Shown one piece after another: positions 46,590-57,900 of a stretch of DNA of 64,000 nt. The stretch spans positions 245,068 through 309,067 of the forward strand of contig CAZXDT010000001.1 of NCBI GenBank assembly GCA_964639295.1, given 5' to 3'. The notes beneath the pieces are model-generated. The model had not been told where the DNA came from. It ran no database searches and worked only from the letters and a program-made list of their open reading frames with translations. The translations under genes were made by a program, and so were the position numbers. The stretch comes from an uncultured Candidatus Saccharibacteria bacterium. GTDB lineage: Bacteria; Patescibacteriota; Saccharimonadia; Saccharimonadales; JALRHH01. How positions within the stretch are numbered: the stretch's first letter is position 1; every line of letters begins with the position of its first letter.

Positions 46590-48371
46590 CTAGAGAGTAC
46601 GTGTAATGATCTCTCGTGTGAAGAGCTCAATGTGGTCACCCTCTTGGAGATCAAGCTTTGAAGTAGTTGCAATAGTCATACCGCACATTTCACCTTCAAA
46701 TACTTCTTTAGCATCTTGTGGGCCACGCTGAAGCTTAGTTACTTCAACATCAGCCAATAATTCGCCGTCACGTGTCACACGAGCGAGTGCTGGAACAACT
46801 AATTTACCCTTAGTTACTTCACCTCCGCAAATAACATCAGACTTCGTTGTTTTAAATACACCTTTTACTACAAGTCGGCCAACTTCAGTCTCAACGACCT
46901 CTGGTGGGAGCAACTTAGTAAGCTCTTCTTTTGCATCATCAATGAGCTCATAAATTACTCGATAGAGTCTTACGGGCACTTTATCACGTGATGCAAGTTG
47001 CTTGATATTGTTAGCAACCGAGACGTTAAAGCCATAAATAATCGCATCACTACTGTGAGCCATATGAACATCATTTTCACCTATTGGGCCAACACCAGAA
47101 CCAACAATTCGTATAGCCACTTCTTCGGTGTCCATTGCCTTGAGGCTATCAATAACAGATGTTAATGAACCCTGTACGTCCGCCTTCACAATAATGTTCA
47201 ACTCGTTCACTTCATTACTGCGGTTGATGATACGGATTAACTCCGTGCTGTTCATCTCTAGACGGCCACCAGCCTGGTTACGTGTAATGTGGGCTGCTGC
47301 TTGAGTACGAGCAATCTTCTCGTCTTTTACGAGGTTAAACTCATCACCAAACTCAGGCATATCCTTAAACCCAGTAATTCTTACAGGGGTAGACGGCAAG
47401 GCTTCTTTGACTGCCTTACCCATTGTTGTCTCCAAGTTACGGATACGGGCATATGTTCCACCAGCGACGATGAAATCACCAGGGTGGATCTTGCCAGACT
47501 CAACAAGCGCCTCAGCAACAGGTCCACGACCCTGTTCCATGTGTGACTCAATGATCAAGCCAGTTGCTGGCACATCTACATCTGCCTTGAGGTCTTCTAC
47601 ATCGGCGACCAATAGAACCATGTCGAGAAGCTCGGGAATTCCCTTGCCTGTCTTTGCTGAGACTTCCTGAACAGGGGTGTCACCACCTGGCCACCCATCC
47701 CACATAAGGCCGTGCTCGCTCAGTTGGCTGTACAGACGGTTAACATCTGCGCCCTCTTTATCCATCTTGTTTGCCGCAACAATGATCTTAACGTTGGCTT
47801 TACGGGCAAAACGGATCGCTTCAAGCGTCTGAGGCTTGATACCATCGTCCGCAGCAACAACAATGATAACCAGGTCAGTTAGCATAGCCCCGTGCTCACG
47901 AAGGGCTGCAAATGCCTCGTGGCCTGGTGTATCAAGGAAAGTGATTTTACGGTCACCGTGATCTATCTGGTAAGCAGAGATGTGCTGAGTAATACCGCCA
48001 GCCTCACCCTTGGCAACCTGAGCACCACGAATGGCATCAAGCAGGCTTGTCTTGCCATGGTCAACGTGACCCATCACAGCCACTACTGGTGGACGTGATA
48101 CACCTTTATCGCTCGCGATGTGCTTCTCACGTGGGGCAGCTTCTTCTACTTCCTTACGCTTGAGTTCAATGTCGAGGTCTAATTCGCCAACAATGATCTG
48201 TGCAGTGTCGAAGTCAATTCGCTCGTTAACAGTGGCCATAACCCCGTTCTTGAACAGTTCGGTTATAAGCTTAGTCACCGGCAGCATCAGTTTATCGGCG
48301 AGGTCGCCAACGGTTGTCATATCTTCGATTTCAATTTGAGTCGCCACGATGTTCCTCGTCCTTTCTGGCAT
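46590..48371 (-). CDS. infB: Translation initiation factor IF-2 (short N-terminus)
   Basis: GTPase motifs [22 protein letters not shown] and ANKMDK, followed by IF-2 domains. Confidence 0.95.
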   Translation of the reverse strand: MPERTRNIVATQIEIEDMTTVGDLADKLMLPVTKLITELFKNGVMATVNERIDFDTAQIIVGELDLDIELKRKEVEEAAPREKHIASDKGVSRPPVVAVMGHVDHGKTSLLDAIRGAQVAKGEAGGITQHISAYQIDHGDRKITFLDTPGHEAFAALREHGAMLTDLVIIVVAADDGIKPQTLEAIRFARKANVKIIVAANKMDKEGADVNRLYSQLSEHGLMWDGWPGGDTPVQEVSAKTGKGIPELLDMVLLVADVEDLKADVDVPATGLIIESHMEQGRGPVAEALVESGKIHPGDFIVAGGTYARIRNLETTMGKAVKEALPSTPVRITGFKDMPEFGDEFNLVKDEKIARTQAAAHITRNQAGGRLEMNSTELIRIINRSNEVNELNIIVKADVQGSLTSVIDSLKAMDTEEVAIRIVGSGVGPIGENDVHMAHSSDAIIYGFNVSVANNIKQLASRDKVPVRLYRVIYELIDDAKEELTKLLPPEVVETEVGRLVVKGVFKTTKSDVICGGEVTKGKLVVPALARVTRDGELLADVEVTKLQRGPQDAKEVFEGEMCGMTIATTSKLDLQEGDHIELFTREIITRTL

Positions 48372-48398
48372 GCTGCCGATTTAAAACCTACATAGGGT

Positions 48399-49475
48399 TT
48401 ATTTTGCGTCTTTGAGACTTAACGCGATCTTACGTCCTTCAGTATCGATATCGAGTACCTTGAACTTCTTCTTCTCGTTAAGCTGGAAGATCTTCTCTGG
48501 ATCAGCACCTTCGTCATCAGACATTTCTGAAACGTGTACGAGGGCTTCAACAGATGGGCTCAGCTGCACGAATGCGCCGAATGGTGTGATTCGAGTAACT
48601 TTGCCTTCTACAACGTCACCTTTTTTGAACGCTTTAACTTCGTTCAACCAAGGGTCCTCTTGCATTTGCTTGAGGCTCAATGACAAACGGTCTTTATCGA
48701 TAGCAATGATCTTAGCTTCGACAGTTTGGCCGTTCTTAACGTAGTTACGAGGATCTTCGACACGTTCCCAAGAGATTTCTGAGATGTGAATGAGACCTTC
48801 GATACCGTCAACGTTAACGAATGCACCGAAGTCGATAACACCAGTTACGACACCTTCTACGACGTCACCAGCCTTAAGCTTAGAGAATCGTGAAGCCATG
48901 TCATCCTTGACAGCTTCCTTCTCTGAGAAGATAAGCTTATTGTCTTTACGGCTGATGTCTAGGATTCGAACACGAAGCGTCTTGCTGGTTAGAGCGTTAA
49001 GCTTCTGGAGGATCTCATCCTTATCAGCGCCAGATACACGAGGGTAGTGACCAGCTGCCAGTTGTGAAACAGGCAAGAATCCACGAATACCTTCGAGTTC
49101 TACGAGCAAACCACCACGGTTAGCATCATATGGGCTGATCTCGATAATCTGTTGATCATCAAATGCCTTCTGTAGTTCATCCCATCCGCGGTCCTTAGCA
49201 GCACGACGCATACTGAGTAGCGCGTGGCCTTCGTCCATTTCGGGGTCAACAACAGAGGTAACAACCTCTTGACCTTCTTCTAAAGTCTGACCATGACCGA
49301 TTTCTCGGCGCATGACAACCCCAACGCCGCGAGCTCCGAGGTCAATCCAGACTTCGTTCTTGCGAACAGAGGTTACAACGCCTTCTACGACGTCACCTGC
49401 TTTTAATTGTTGAATGTCACTACCGGCGAGAAGCTCGTCCATAGTGAGAGTACTTGATTTTGACATGTTAAACAT
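48399..49475 (-). CDS. rpsA: 30S ribosomal protein S1 (four S1 domains)
   Basis: Four repeats of the GDVVEG.V....FGAFV type. The likely start is ATG at 49466 (MSKSSTL), 10 nt after AAGGAGG. Confidence 0.9.
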   Translation of the reverse strand: MFNMSKSSTLTMDELLAGSDIQQLKAGDVVEGVVTSVRKNEVWIDLGARGVGVVMRREIGHGQTLEEGQEVVTSVVDPEMDEGHALLSMRRAAKDRGWDELQKAFDDQQIIEISPYDANRGGLLVELEGIRGFLPVSQLAAGHYPRVSGADKDEILQKLNALTSKTLRVRILDISRKDNKLIFSEKEAVKDDMASRFSKLKAGDVVEGVVTGVIDFGAFVNVDGIEGLIHISEISWERVEDPRNYVKNGQTVEAKIIAIDKDRLSLSLKQMQEDPWLNEVKAFKKGDVVEGKVTRITPFGAFVQLSPSVEALVHVSEMSDDEGADPEKIFQLNEKKKFKVLDIDTEGRKIALSLKDAK

Positions 49476-49636
49476 GCCTCCTTATTTCTGCGGCAACTCG
49501 TAAGCTGTAACTCCGTTCAGAATTCCAAGTTAGTATAACAGAGGCGCGCAAGAAGAGCAAAGTTCACTTTGATATTCTGAGCACCGGTAGTTATGTCGAA
49601 GACATTTCTGTTCTACCCCAATAAGTAAAGGGTTGT

Positions 49637-50497
49637 ATGGTCATGAAAAACTATCAAGAAGATACCACTTCGTATATAGTAATTGCCATGTACGCAGCAG
49701 TCGATATTGGGGGAACAAAAACACTTGTCGCATCATTTGATGAGTCAGGAAATATCACGGAACAGGTAAAATTCCCAACTCCGCCGGATTATGAAGTATT
49801 CATAAGCGAAATGGCTAAGATTGTTGCAAATTTATCAACAAAGGAATTTCAGTCAGTGGTTGTTGCCGCACCAGGTAAAATTGACCATTTAGAGGGGTTA
49901 TTAATTGCTGGCGGTAATCTAGCCTGGAAGCATACACCGATTCAAACTGACTTCGAAAAGCTCTTTTCCGCACCTGTTCAGTTAATAAATGATGCCAAGG
50001 CTGCCGCGGTCGCAGAAGCACACGCAGCAGGTCCTGATTTCGAGACAGTTGTATATATCACAATTAGCACGGGTATAGGGGTGGGTGTGTGTACGAACGG
50101 GGTTTTAGATCATACTTTACTCGATGCAGAGCCTGGCAGGATGAACGTTCAAAATGGAGACACTATGACACCTTGGGAAACCCTTGCTTCGGGCAAAGCC
50201 ATCGTCAAAAGGTATGGCAAACAAGCAGGTGAACTGGACGACCCTGCCGCCTGGAAACAAATCTCACATGAGCTTGCTAAAGGCATGTTGACTATTATTG
50301 CTATGGTTCAGCCTGATCTTATCGTTATTGGGGGTGGCGTAGGTAGTCATTTCGAGAAGTTTGAGAAACCTTTACTTGAAGAGCTTAAAAAGTACGAGAA
50401 CCCACTTGCACCAACTCCACCTATTCGTAAAGCATCTCACCCTGAAGAAGCAGTAATTTATGGTTGTTATGAACTCGCAAAAGACCTCCACAAGTAA
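49637..50497 (+). CDS. ROK-family sugar kinase (glucokinase-like)
   Basis: AVDIGGTKT, NDAKAAAVAE and GTGIGVGV-like blocks, plus PDLIVIGGGV. An alternative start is at 49688. Confidence 0.8.
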   Translation: MVMKNYQEDTTSYIVIAMYAAVDIGGTKTLVASFDESGNITEQVKFPTPPDYEVFISEMAKIVANLSTKEFQSVVVAAPGKIDHLEGLLIAGGNLAWKHTPIQTDFEKLFSAPVQLINDAKAAAVAEAHAAGPDFETVVYITISTGIGVGVCTNGVLDHTLLDAEPGRMNVQNGDTMTPWETLASGKAIVKRYGKQAGELDDPAAWKQISHELAKGMLTIIAMVQPDLIVIGGGVGSHFEKFEKPLLEELKKYENPLAPTPPIRKASHPEEAVIYGCYELAKDLHK

Positions 50498-50999
50498 AAT
50501 ACTTGATCAGCTCAAAGAGATAGCTCCCGAGGTAATATTCGAGGCTAGTGATTCGTTTTACTGGTCGCCCAAGACTCAGACCGTAACATATAACAAAGCT
50601 TCACTAGCTGATCCTGAAGGCCTCTGGTCCCTGTTACATGAAGCATCCCATGGATTGCTTGGACATACTATATATAAGACAGACTTCGAACTCCTCACTC
50701 TCGAAGTAGCAGCCTGGGAACATGCTAAACAACTTGGAGTTAAATTAGGCATCGTTCTTGATGAGAACTACATTCAGGACTGCTTGGACACATATAGAGA
50801 CTGGCTACATCGTCGAAGTACCTGCCCTACTTGTGGTAGTGTTGGTCTACAACACAGCACCTCTGATTATATGTGCCACAACTGTAACAGTGTATGGCAC
50901 GTCTCAGAAGCCCGTTTTTGCCGCCCCTACCGACGTAAATATGCAGCCACAAAAGAAAAATCGCCTAGTTCCGTGAAGAACCAGACGACTTTCCAGTAA
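50460..50999 (+). CDS. Hypothetical HExxH metallopeptidase-like protein with a C-terminal Cys4 zinc ribbon
   Basis: HEASHGLLGH (HExxH) and CPTCGS...CHNCNS. The likely start is ATG at 50469 (MNSQK), overlapping the ROK gene by 29 nt. Confidence 0.6.
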   Translation: MVVMNSQKTSTSKILDQLKEIAPEVIFEASDSFYWSPKTQTVTYNKASLADPEGLWSLLHEASHGLLGHTIYKTDFELLTLEVAAWEHAKQLGVKLGIVLDENYIQDCLDTYRDWLHRRSTCPTCGSVGLQHSTSDYMCHNCNSVWHVSEARFCRPYRRKYAATKEKSPSSVKNQTTFQ

Positions 51000-51011
51000 A
51001 GCTAGAGTAAA

Positions 51012-51224
51012 CTACTCTGCGCTTTTAGTACGGCGGCTAATACGGCCACCCTTAGCACCAGCGATACGAGCTAGCTCGCGGTTTGCAAAGAAACCACCAG
51101 TTTTACCCTTTTTACCACCTTGAGCACCAATTTTAGCGTAAAAATCAGCACCGTACTTAGTCTTGTTTGTTGCAGCCGCTGCGCGACCACCTTCTTTAGT
51201 TCCTGCCATTGTGAGGCCTCCCAA
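51012..51224 (-). CDS. KGG-repeat general stress protein
   Basis: The GGKKGKTGGF and AGAKGG repeats are typical of the KGG stress-protein family. The true start is probably ATG at 51209 (MAGTKEGG), 7 nt after GGGAGG. Confidence 0.8.
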   Translation of the reverse strand: MGGLTMAGTKEGGRAAAATNKTKYGADFYAKIGAQGGKKGKTGGFFANRELARIAGAKGGRISRRTKSAE

Positions 51225-51240
51225 ATTAATTTAGAGAAAC

Positions 51241-51286
51241 AAAAAGAGGGCCTGCTATCCATTGGATAGTGGTTCCCTCTCTTTTT
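51241..51286. terminator. Bidirectional terminator hairpin after the 174-aa gene
   Basis: Stem AGAGGG (51245-51250) / CCCTCT (51275-51280) with an inner hairpin, flanked by an A-run and a T-run. Confidence 0.55.
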
Positions 51287-51353
51287 ATTTCTTCTTTCGA
51301 AGATACCTGTATATTAGCACATTAAGCTTAAGCTGTCAATAGTGCTTGCGGTT

Positions 51354-51878
51354 TTACTTTTTATTGGTTGTTGTACCTGTTTGAGTTTGATTTGCACCGA
51401 TGTTAATAGGAGCTACTTCTATGATTTTCTTCGTAGATGGTCGATAGAGTATTGCCTTACTACTTTTAGAGTACAGGAGTACTCTGTCGCCGTTCTGGGC
51501 GTTAGCAAAGAATGCCTGGCTTTTCACCTTAGATGCATCAACTACCGTTGCAACTGTAGGGGTTTCATCTGTCGGCAACTCAATAAGCTTACCCACTTCA
51601 CTATTCAACTGTTTTGCGTCATCGGTGGCAGATGGCTGAGATTGCGAGAGTTTGGAGACCTCGTTTTTTAGATGATTACGGTCCTTGAGTACAAGAACCA
51701 ACCCCGTTACTAGGCTGATAATTAATACAAAGATGATGAGTAATACAACCTTCCCAGGACCCCTTCGCAGTTGTGCTGGTGCGATGACCTGTTCAGGAAC
51801 CTCTGGAGTATCCTCTATTGTATCTACTGGCTGTTCATTGTTCTCTATATCCGACTCTTGTATATCAATATTTGCCAC
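51354..51878 (-). CDS. Hypothetical single-pass membrane protein (174 aa) immediately downstream of the 3443-aa gene
   Basis: Acidic N-terminus, TM VVLLIIFVLIISLVTGLVLVL, and an extracytoplasmic C-domain. It lies 85 nt after the giant gene's stop with no terminator between them. Confidence 0.65.
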   Translation of the reverse strand: MANIDIQESDIENNEQPVDTIEDTPEVPEQVIAPAQLRRGPGKVVLLIIFVLIISLVTGLVLVLKDRNHLKNEVSKLSQSQPSATDDAKQLNSEVGKLIELPTDETPTVATVVDASKVKSQAFFANAQNGDRVLLYSKSSKAILYRPSTKKIIEVAPINIGANQTQTGTTTNKK

Positions 51879-51963
51879 ATTTCCCCCTGAAACCCTTGCT
51901 TACGCTTATTGTTGCTATTGTACCCTGATATATAACACCGTACAACACTACCCTAGCTAGGCA

Positions 51964-54900
51964 TTAATGCTTCCAGACATCAGCACGCCATGTTTGTGTG
52001 TCAGCGGTGTTAATGGCAGCTGCACCGATGTTACTGTTTTGGTGACAAGCACGGATAGTGACCGTGTTGGCAGCAGAAACATATGCCATCCAGTCTAGGT
52101 TAACCGTTTCTATTCCTCCTGCAACTGCCGTTGGAGAAGCATATACCGTATCACCTACAGCTGCACCGGTAACAGTAATCGTACCGTAAGCCGCACAGGA
52201 GTTTATGTTGATACTTGCAGAGACTAAATTGGCTGCAGTTGCTGAAAGGTGTTTCAGTATCGCAGTTCCACCGCTACCGATAGTAGCGCTAGTAGTTGAT
52301 ACTGCGGCTAAAGTGGTAGTTCCTGTGACAGTAAGGTTATTGTTTAGATTGGTCACACCCGTAACGGTTAGAGTGGTGCCTACAGATAACGAAGCCAGAG
52401 TAGTGGCTCCTGTCACATTTAATGTACTCCCCAGAGTGGCCGCGCCTGTAGCATTGAAGGTTCCACCCACCGAGAAAGTGAACAACGGATTAGTGTCGTT
52501 AATACCGACATTACCAGAAGCACCCAGGATAGTTATGATATCCGTCCCGGGTGTATTGCTAGCTGCAATATTCGCACGTGTATCCTTACCAATGCTGAAG
52601 TTACCGCTATCATCAAATAAGAATGCAACCTTGGCTGATCCTGCTTTGAGTGAACCAATCTTTCCTGCAACATCGTCAATTATCATTGATGCTCCAGCGG
52701 CTGTTTGTTGTATCAGTACGTTACCGTTAGTCGTAGCAATGTTACCTGTGAATGTAGACGTACCGGTTACGCCCAGGCCAGCATTCAATGTGGTTAGCCC
52801 GCCTACAGTTAACGTCTTTGTGCCTGTAATGCTGGTGTTACCATTTATTGAAACAGCACCGCTACCTGTCTTGAACGTACCGGAAGAAGCACTCTGGTCG
52901 AAGTTACCAACGACCAATGTGCCACTGACCGTCGCGTCGTTGTTAACTGTTAATGCTGTTCCAGCAGCGCTGAAGACGTTGGCAACACTGAAGGTGTTAG
53001 CTTGGTTCTTGTAGGCAACGTTTGTCAGTGTACCCGCAGTGTTAATGTTTGCACCGTTCAACTGTATTGAGCTAGTACCGTTCACATCAGCACCTTGGAC
53101 AGTTCCTGATGCTGTAACACTGGTAAAGCTTGGGGTAGCACTCAGGCCAATAGAGGTACAAGTACCCCCTGCACCGAGTGCGAAGCTGCCACCGCCCCCA
53201 GTTAGATTAGTGCCTGTTACAGCAGCGCAGTTAAACGTCGTGTTACCCTGGACGGCAGTACTTGCAGTAGAACCGTATAGGACACTTATCGTCGGTGTAC
53301 TGCCCTCGCCAGTGTTCCCTGAGGTTGATAGTCCCGTAAGTACCCCAAGAGTTGCTACATAGTTACCTGTCGTCTGAGTACCTAAGGTCACAGCATCTGC
53401 CACAATCTCACCGTTACTGATAGACGTACCAAGAGTGGCCTCGAGCTGGCCAGCGTTAAATTGAAGGCCCGTACCTGTTAGGTCACTAAATGCTTCTCCA
53501 TTAAGAGTCAACGTCTTGGTAGCCCCGATCGTTATACCATTACTCGCAGTAATCAGGCCAGCAGCAGTAAGTGTCCCTGTAAAGTTGGCTGAACTACTTA
53601 TTGTCTGTCCGTTTACGAGTCCGGTCGTGACATCCCCGTTAGTAGCCACCTGGAAGGCATCTGCCGTGCCTGCTTTAAAGCCAGCGGACACATCAAGCGC
53701 ACCGGTGATATTAGTACTATCCTGCAGCTCTATTGTGGAACCAGCATTAATGATCACCTGATCGATGCTGTTAAGCGTAATGTCGTTGCCAGCCCCTGTA
53801 CTATTGATTGTAATAGCACCTGTTGCCGTAAGATCCCCTATATTTGTCAGATTACCGCTGTTATCGATGCGTGTTGTAGAGTTTGTCTGTAGCCCACCGC
53901 CGGTTGTATTGATGTTACCAGATCCACTGTAAGTAGTACCGCCAGATATGGCACCATTGAGTGTAATACTCGTAGCACCGCTGATTGCACCAGTATTTGT
54001 TATACCGCCGCTGTTATTGTTGAATCCGCCACTGATCGATGCACCACCAGAGGCAACTGTGAGACCGGTAAGGCCAGTGAGTGTGCCAGCGATTGTGCTG
54101 TTGCCTGTTACTCCAATACCCCCAGTGGTGACCGTTAGGCCTGTTCCAGCGGTAATAACACCTTCTACATTCAATCCTGCAACCTGGCTGCCGTTAGAGT
54201 TAGTGATACTCAACGTAGTACCTCCACCCGCATTCAAGAGATCTAAGACAGTTGTCCCAGCTGCACTACGCTGTAATGTAGATGCATTTAAGATAATGTT
54301 TCCTGACCCACTGGTGAGTGTTAGGTCGTTTGCTCCGGTGGTAGAAACAGTTAGTGCACCGGCATTCGTCAGAAGTGGTGTACGCACTGCGGTAGTAAAG
54401 CTCACGTCATTATTTGTAGAGATCGCACCACAAGTGCCACCTGATCCTAAGGTGATTGCATTACCACCTCCGCTGAGATTACCTGAACCACTAGCACATG
54501 TCAGAGATACGTTACCCTGAACTGCCGTGCTTGCAGCTGATCCGTAGAGAACACTTAATGTAGGCGTAGAGCCTTCACCCGTATTACCGGATGTAGAGAG
54601 ACCGGTTAGGGAGCCAAGCGTAGCCACGTAGTTGCCAGTTGTCTGTGTGCCAAGAGTCACGGCATCGGTTCCAATTTCTCCGTTGGTAATAGAAGTACCC
54701 AGGGTAGCCTCGAGCTGACCTGCGTTGAACTGAAGACCGGTGCCTGTTAGATCAGTGAATGCTTCACCGTTAAGAGTGAACGCCTTTGTAGCACCAACGG
54801 TTAGACCATTATTAGCAGTAATAAGTCCCGCAGCTACTAGTGTGCCTGTAAAGTTAGCACTGCTAGAAATAGTCTGTCCGTTTACGAGTCCGCTCGTGAT

Positions 54901-57900
54901 ATCCCCGTTGGTAGCAACCTGGAAAGCATCAGCAGTGCCGGCTTTGAACCCAGCAGATATGTCGAGTGCACCAGTGATGTTTGTATTGTCTTGAAGCTCA
55001 ATAGTTGAACCAGCATCAATAATCACCTGGTCGATACTGTTTAGCGTAATATCATTACCAGCACCTGTACTATTTATTACCAATGCACCACTAGCCGTTA
55101 GGTTGCCTATATTAGTCAGGTTACCACTGTTATCCACGCGAGTAGTAGAGTTAGTCTGCAATCCACCACCAGTTGTATTGATGTTACCAGAACCACTGTA
55201 CGTAGTACCTCCAGAGATGGCGCCGCTTAATGTAACACTTGTGGCGCCGCTTACAGCACCGGCGTTGGTGATACCACCACTGTTGTTGTTGAGGCCACCG
55301 GAGATTGAGGCGCCGCCAGCAGTAACCGTCAGTCCTGTACCAGAGGCTATAGTGCCTTCAACACTGAGGTTGGCTACCCTTGTTCCGTCGCTGTTAGTGA
55401 TAGCAAGTGTTGTAGCTGCAGAAGCATCCAGAAGGTCAATAGAATATGTACCTGCCGCACTTCGGCGAAGTGTTGTATCATTTGCAGCGATGTTGGTCAC
55501 ATTACTGGCACTATCGAGTGTCAAATCAGCTGTTCCACCGCTACTCAGTGTTACCGCTCCAGAACCGGTGAATGTGCCTGATGTAACAGAGGTAAATGAT
55601 GGTGTTGTACTAATTGCAATATTGCCACAAGTGCCCCCGGATCCAAGGGTGATTGTGTTGCCACCGCCGCTTAGATTTCCCGTGCCAGTTGCACAAGTTA
55701 TTTGTACATTACCTTGTACGGCTGTGTTCGTTGTTGATCCATAACTAACCGCTAGACTTGTTGAGCCACCTGAGCCAAGTGTCAGAGTGCCACCACCGCT
55801 TAAGCCATTACCAGCAGTAACGATAATCTGGGTATTACCCTGCACGGCGGTATTTGCCACTGCACCGTAGAGAACTGCAAGTGTTGGGTTAGTACCTTCA
55901 CCAGTATTACCACTTGTTGAAAGACCAGTGAGAGTACCCAAGTTAGCTACATAATCACCAGTAGTATCCGTTCCAAGAGCCACGCTATTTGTATTTACAG
56001 TAAAGCCACCGCTAAATGTTCCACTGATATCACCGACAGCTGGTGATTCACCGACGTTAACATAAGCGCTATCAAGATTAGTACCGAAGTTTGATGTTGT
56101 TAGCACAGTACCGCTTGTGCCTGAGAATGTATATGTTGCGGGGGCGCCACTTGGGGTAGCAATTGCAAAAGTTGCATCATTGGTGCCCTTCTCAAATTTA
56201 AGGTCACCATTCTCCATAATACGAACCACTTCGCTACCTGCAGTGTTAAAGATAATATCGTCCGCACCTGCAGTAGCAGTAGTACCAACAGTTATAGGCC
56301 CTGTGCTCTGTAATAAAGGAGTAGTCACTGATGTACTAAAGCTAACTGCATTATTAGTTGAGATAGCGCCACAAGTACCACCGGCACCAAGGGTGATAGT
56401 ATTGCCCCCGCCCGTTAAGTTACCGCTGCCGCTCGCACAAGTAACAGTTGTATTACCCTGCACGGCGCTGCCGGCAGCTGAACCATACTGGACCGTAAGG
56501 GTTGTATTCCCACCAAGCGCTACGCTACCACCGCCAGAAAGGCCTGTGCCTGCGTTTACGCTTATGCTGCTGTTCTGTAGTGCTGCATTGGCCAAAGTAG
56601 TAGTTCCGGCTGCTGTGAGGCGTCCCTGAGCGTCTACGCTAAAGGTTGGAACTGCAGTGGAAGAGCCATAGGTAGCTGCAGTGACTGTGGTATTCGCAAG
56701 GTTAAATGTGGTTGTACCACCAGTACCAAGAGTGATAGTACCTCCACCTGATAATCCTGTACCTGCTGTAAAGGTTGCCTGCGTGTTACCTTGTACCGCA
56801 GTGTTTGCGCCTGAACCGTAGAGTACACCAAGAGTCGGTGTTGAACCTTCACCTGTATTACCTGTAGTCGAAAGACCAGTCAATGTACCCAAAGTCGCGA
56901 TATAGTTACCGGTCGTTTGGCTTCCAAGACTTACTGCATCAGCATCGATTTCACCGTTAGAGATGGAGGTGCCAAGTGTAGCAGCAATAGTTACGCTTCC
57001 CGCTCCGTTGCCGATATTAATACCACCACCAGCGCTTAAAGTTGCCATCGTAAATCCACTACCGTTGCCAATAAGCAGTTGACCATTTGCTGCAGTAGAA
57101 GTATCAAGGCCAGTACCGCCCCTATTGTTGGTTAGAGCACCGGATGTTATCTGATTCGCATTAATTGAGATTGCAGCAGTGCTCGCAGCAGTGAGGCGCC
57201 CCTGAGCGTCTACGCTAAAGGTCGCTACACTACTTGCGCTGCCGTAATTTCCGGCTGTCACTGTAGTATTTGCCAAGTTCAAGGTAGTACCACTACCGAG
57301 CGCTGTAGACCCACCTCCTGTTAGACCCGTGCCAGCGGTAACAGTTACTGAACTATTGACGAGCTTTGTATTAGTAATTGATGCGTCTGCGATTCGTGCA
57401 ATGTTGAGAGTACCGGAAGCATTGGCTAAGTCTAAGTAGTACGCTCCATTTTGGCCACCCAGGAGGCTTGCATTTACATTAGTAACAAGTGATCCATCAA
57501 GTGCCGGGAGGAGACCACCGGCTGTGGTCTGGACAAGCTGTGACACACCATTAAAGGTATTGCCGGCCAATGTAACATTATTGCTCAAACGAGCATCACT
57601 CAAGGTGTTAGTCGCATTAGCTAAGTTAAGATAATATGAACCAGCCTGGCCACCTAAAAGGGCCGCATCAACATTGGTCAGCGCACTACCATTCAATGCT
57701 GGTAAGGCACCACCAGCAGTTAACTTAACTAACTGACTTGATCCGTTAAACGTATTTCCTTGTAGGGTCACATTGCTGCTGAGACGAGCATCAGCTAAGC
57801 TACCCGTAGCGTTTGTAAGGTCGTTGTAGTAGCTGCCGCTCTGACCATTTAGAGTTGCAGTGTTAACATTTGTTAAGCTAGCCCCTGAACCTGAGAAACT

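Noticed and set aside
51964-52300. A diversity-generating retroelement target (a variable region at the 3' end of a giant gene)
   Set aside because: No reverse-transcriptase ORF is present, and I could not spot a template/variable repeat pair with adenine-specific differences anywhere in the window. The element could still lie outside it.
52205-56629. Many 80-270-aa plus-strand ORFs inside the giant genes (for example 52205-53014, 53948-54520, 55103-55744, 56117-56629; similar ones lie inside 4668-26218)
   Set aside because: Their V/P/A/L-rich compositions mirror the T/G/S/N/A-rich minus-strand frames. They are nested in long uninterrupted ORFs with coherent domain and repeat structure. They have no SDs and no recognisable motifs.
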